From the human T2T-CHM13v2.0 reference genome, Homo sapiens, in contig CP068257.2 of the NCBI GenBank assembly GCA_009914755.4, forward strand, positions 16,128,001 through 16,192,000: a stretch of 64,000 nucleotides of DNA, read 5' to 3'. The translations under genes and the position numbers were made by a program. The notes under the pieces are model-generated. The model worked only from the letters and a program-made list of their open reading frames with translations. It had not been told where the DNA came from and searched no databases. Shown piece after piece: positions 60,301 to 64,000 of this stretch (positions are counted from its first letter, which is position 1; every line of letters begins with the position of its first letter).

Positions 60301-62214
60301 AGTAATTGCATTTGGAAAGGAGTTTTTAATGGCAATAGAATACGTTTGCATTTCAATTGCTGTAGCACCATGAAGATGTCTAAGTACCACATTGGCAAAT
60401 AACTTTTATTTCTTGCTTTTTTCATTATTTTGCTAAATCTTATATGTTAAGCATATTAATAATTCATTATCTATAGTCTGTAATAAGGGATCCCACCATA
60501 GTATTTGTTTTCAAAATAACTGGAAAATGTAGGTTTCAAAACTGAAAACATTTTAGCTATTTTGAAAGAAAGGCTTCCAAAGTGTATTATATTCTTTTTT
60601 GCCATCTTAAAATATATAGGAGATAATTTATACATTAGCAAAATGTTTGTGTTAGCGGAGGGTAAATTGTTATAAACCCTGACTTAGAAATTCAGTGACT
60701 TAATAAACAAGAAAATGGTTTTTCCCTCATGTAATAACTGAAGGTAGGTACCCCAGGTTGGTAGTAGCTCTCCTTCACATGGTGATTTAAGGACCCAGGT
60801 TTCTTCCATCCTCTAGGACCTTGTCATCTGGTGCAAGGTCAGGATTGCATCCAGATTTCAGCCACTGGAAAGGGGGGTAGTGTGGAGGAAGCACACCTCT
60901 CTTAAAAGGCCCATTCCTGAAGAGGCAGGCACATACCACATCTACTCGTATTTCACATTTCATTACTGAGAATTTAGTCACATGGTTACATCAGTCTGTG
61001 AGGGAGACGGGGAAATGTAACCTATTTTTGTGCCTAGGAATAACGAGTGGATAATTTTTAGTAGATGACGAGCTGTCTCTCCCACAGCCTGAAACTCTGG
61101 CTGCCAAGTTTCTGTGTATATCCTTCTCATACTCATCCTCTCTCTGGGCAAGCCCCAAGGAGCACATTCACCCCTTCAGCCAGGGAGACAATTCAAGGTT
61201 ATAGTCAGCTGCTGCATCCAGCTCAGCATCCATAGGTATGTTGATTGGTGATGATCAGTCCTCTCACTCACATCCATAGGTAGCTCCTAGTTATCTGGTG
61301 ACCTATAAGTTGAAGGTAAAATACATCCTCTCTTTCTGTCACTCCTTCTTCCCACCAGAATAAATGGTGGACCAGAGACAGGATAACTGCAGTTAAAACT
61401 CCTATTCAGAAAAGGGAAGAAGGAGAAACACAGCAGTCACTGGTCCATAGCACTGATAGAAACCAGCTAGACACGGTGGGGGTCAAAGACCTCTGTCTTA
61501 GTAGTGAAGGAACTTCCTTGATTGGGCCTTATTTCTGCTTTATGGGAGTAAATTCTTGTCCATTGGTCTCTGGCCCCCTGCTGTGCTATCTGGAAGTAAC
61601 TTCTTTGCCTATTATTCTTCTTGATCAGATCTAAGAGGGCTTTGGGGAATTTGTTCCTCTTGAAAGCTGCATATATTTTACAGCTTAGTTTGTAGGCCCA
61701 TAGAGTCACAAGGCTATTTGGTTCTTAGGCTCATAGATTCTTTAGCAACACAGTTTCCTCAGTCTTAGTAAATTCTAAGTTTATTTGCTTCCAAGGTGCC
61801 TGTAAGCACAACCAAAACATTTTCTGGATGTATTCTAGATAGTACTTCAGCTTTTGCTTTTTTGCTCTTTCTCTGACATGTTCTTTCACGTTAATAGCAG
61901 CTATCTTGAGGCTATCTGAATAATTAGGCTTTACTGGGGAGGCAATAATCTGACCTTTTGCCATTTAGAATCCAGAATCAGTCAGCTTTTCAGGTGAGAG
62001 GGTGTTTTTGGCCCCTTCTCCTTGAAATTATTGTCACTTTTCAAGGAGGTCTTCTCTGATCACCCTATTTGAAACTTCCACCTGGACCCATCTTACTGTG
62101 ATTTTTTTAAAACACTACTTGTCACTTTCATATATTTATATATATATACATATATATAAATATATGAAATGATATATAACATATAATTATTTATTATACT
62201 AATTGTTTATCATC

Positions 62215-62350
62215 TGTCTTCCTCCTTTGGCATGTAAACTCCATGAGGTTTAGAAGTTACATTATATTCTCTGATATCTGTCAGGTATAGAGAACAGTGC
62301 CTGCTGCATGGTAGGTGCTCAACAAATCTATGTTATGTGAGTGAATGAAT
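62215..62350 (+). repeat. MIR-type SINE remnant (3' part)
   Basis: ggcatgtaaactccatgaggtttagaagttacattatattctctgatatctgtcaggtatagagaacagtgcctgctgcatggtaggtgctcaacaaatctatgttatgtgagtgaatgaataa. Confidence 0.65.
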
Positions 62351-62696
62351 AATTTGAGAGTATGTTGACTTTTCAGGATCTGCTATATATCATGCTATAT
62401 GTCAGCTATGCAAATACTGCAGGTTACAGTTATTCTTTCCTATTGCACATAGATAGAATTTTTACTTTGCTCATTTCGCAGTGTAGGGCAGGATGAGTGC
62501 ATCTGTTTTTTCTCTGTTCTCTCCATAGAGACCTAGTCTATGCCAATTATGGAAATTCCATTATTCTTGTTGGTGATCAATCTAACAATGGACAAGTGAA
62601 GCATGTTGGCCAGTGAGGGATAAGCAAAAATATGGTAGCATGAAGGATCTCTAGAAAAAATTTTGTTTTCCTTTCACTTCCTTCCTTTCTGCTGTG

Positions 62697-62982
62697 GGTT
62701 TTGTTTTTGTTTTTGTTTTTGGTAGAGACAGGGTCTCACTCTGTCACCCAGGCTGGAATGCAGAGGCACATCACTGTAGCTCACTGTAGCCCCAAAATCC
62801 TGGGCTAAAGTGATCCTCCTGCCTCAACCTCCCGAGTAGCTGGGACCACAGGTGTGCATCACCACACCAAGCTAATTTTTGTATTTTGTGTAGAGATGGG
62901 GTTTCGCCACATTGCCTAGGCTGGTCTCGAACTCCTGAGCTCAGGCAATTCACCCACCTCAGCCTCCCAAAGTGCTGGGATT
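62697..62982 (-). mobile_element. Alu SINE (AluJ-like, reverse orientation) with a (TTTTG)n tail and a truncated 5' end
   Basis: ttttgtttttgtttttgtttttggtagagacagggtctcactctgtcacccaggctggaatgcagaggcacatcac...cctcagcctcccaaagtgctgggatt. Confidence 0.88.
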
Positions 62983-63299
62983 CTGTGAGTATTTTTTATT
63001 CTCATGATGATACGATGTTGGAACTTCAGCACCTGTCTTATGATCATGAAGGCAGACATTGCTAACATTCCGAGATTTAATGACGGGAAAGACAGAAAGA
63101 ATCTCAACCCATATGACATAATTGAATCCCTGTTCCGATGTTGGAATAATTTTCTTTTTAAATGAGATAATACGCTTCTACTTTATTTAACCCATTTGGG
63201 TCTACTGTGCTGTCATTTGTTGATGTACCTGTAAACATCCTAACTGATACAGCAGCAGTATCTTCAGTAGCTACTGAGACTAATTTGCTACCACATTGC

Positions 63300-63440
63300 A
63301 ACTCATTCAACCATTTGTCCATTCATTCATTTATTGAGTAAATTTTCTATATACTAGGCTCTATGCAAAACCTAGAGGTAAAAAGATAAAGATGCAGTTT
63401 GTGCATGTCCTCATGGAACTGACAATAGTGGAACAATTAC
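63300..63440 (-). repeat. MIR SINE remnant, reverse orientation
   Basis: ccatttgtccattcattcatttattgagtaaattttctatatactaggctctatgcaaaacc...gtcctcatggaactgacaatagtgg is the rc of the MIR 3' region. Confidence 0.55.
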
Positions 63441-64000
63441 AAATTCAGTAAAAAAGTAGTAGTTGTACAGGAGTTCCACTAGTTCTACTGAATTTGAATG
63501 ATGGTAAGCATTTGCTCTGTGATAAGTGTCCTAGACAGATAATTTGTCTTCTAGGCATATGAAGATGGATTTCACCTATCCATCCTTCACCATTTGAGGG
63601 AGGTTCTCTTCTGTTGCCACAGAAGAAGTGGCACCAATGTAGGCAATTGTGACCATATTATTTAGTTCCTATCTATTGAGACATAAACTCATAGGTGGAG
63701 AAGATTATATAGCGTTAAATGTGAGATAGCTTGCTAGTTTGCTTCTTTCTTCTCTATGCCCACTTATAGGCTTTTCTTAAATACTTAGAAAAGTAGAACT
63801 CTGACTGTGGTTAGAATGCATACATCAAATTGTAGCTGCTTAAATATGCTCCTATAGGCTCTTGGTCAATTTTGCGTGTATGCCTGGAAAATAAATTAGA
63901 ATTGCAGATCGTTAAATATTTTAGTTTTATCCTCTGGGAAACTAGTTTTGTGTGTGTATGTCTTTTTTTTAAAAAAAAAACCCTACAGCTCTATCAATCT

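Noticed and set aside
61467-61964. Two ~80-aa minus-strand ORFs
   Set aside because: No convincing splice signals, no CpG retention and unremarkable composition. These are chance ORFs in AT-rich DNA.

Overview
This window reads as human (primate) nuclear DNA, roughly half of it interspersed repeats. I see no prokaryotic-style operon, CRISPR array, tRNA or rRNA, and no evidence of a novel multi-gene system.

Repeats:
- A full-length but defunct L1PA LINE-1 lies on the minus strand at about 1115-7565.
- A complete THE1-class ERVL-MaLR provirus (LTR-internal-LTR) sits at 38482-40542 on the plus strand.
- There are further THE1/MST/MLT LTR copies and fragments, about 20 Alu elements (several with clean target-site duplications), MIR remnants and short simple repeats.
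- Two younger AluY copies are nested inside older repeats, one in an L1 3' fragment and one in an MST LTR.

Gene content:
- A CpG island at about 50080-51100 is GC-rich, TATA-less and carries Sp1 GC boxes.
- A spliced minus-strand protein-coding gene starts next to it. The first coding exon (49550-49683) contains the start ATG and encodes [42 protein letters not shown].
- That exon joins in frame (phase 1 to phase 1, Gly codon g+GG) to a 537-bp internal exon at 27940-28476. Both exons have canonical splice signals.
- I cannot name this gene from memory. Its 5' UTR exon, presumably in the CpG island, and its downstream exons are unresolved.

Weaker exon candidates are at 24817-24938 (minus), 59205-59365 (plus, possibly a divergent transcript from the same CpG island) and 41853-42102 (plus). 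Coordinates of repeat ends are hand-derived and may be off by a few bases.
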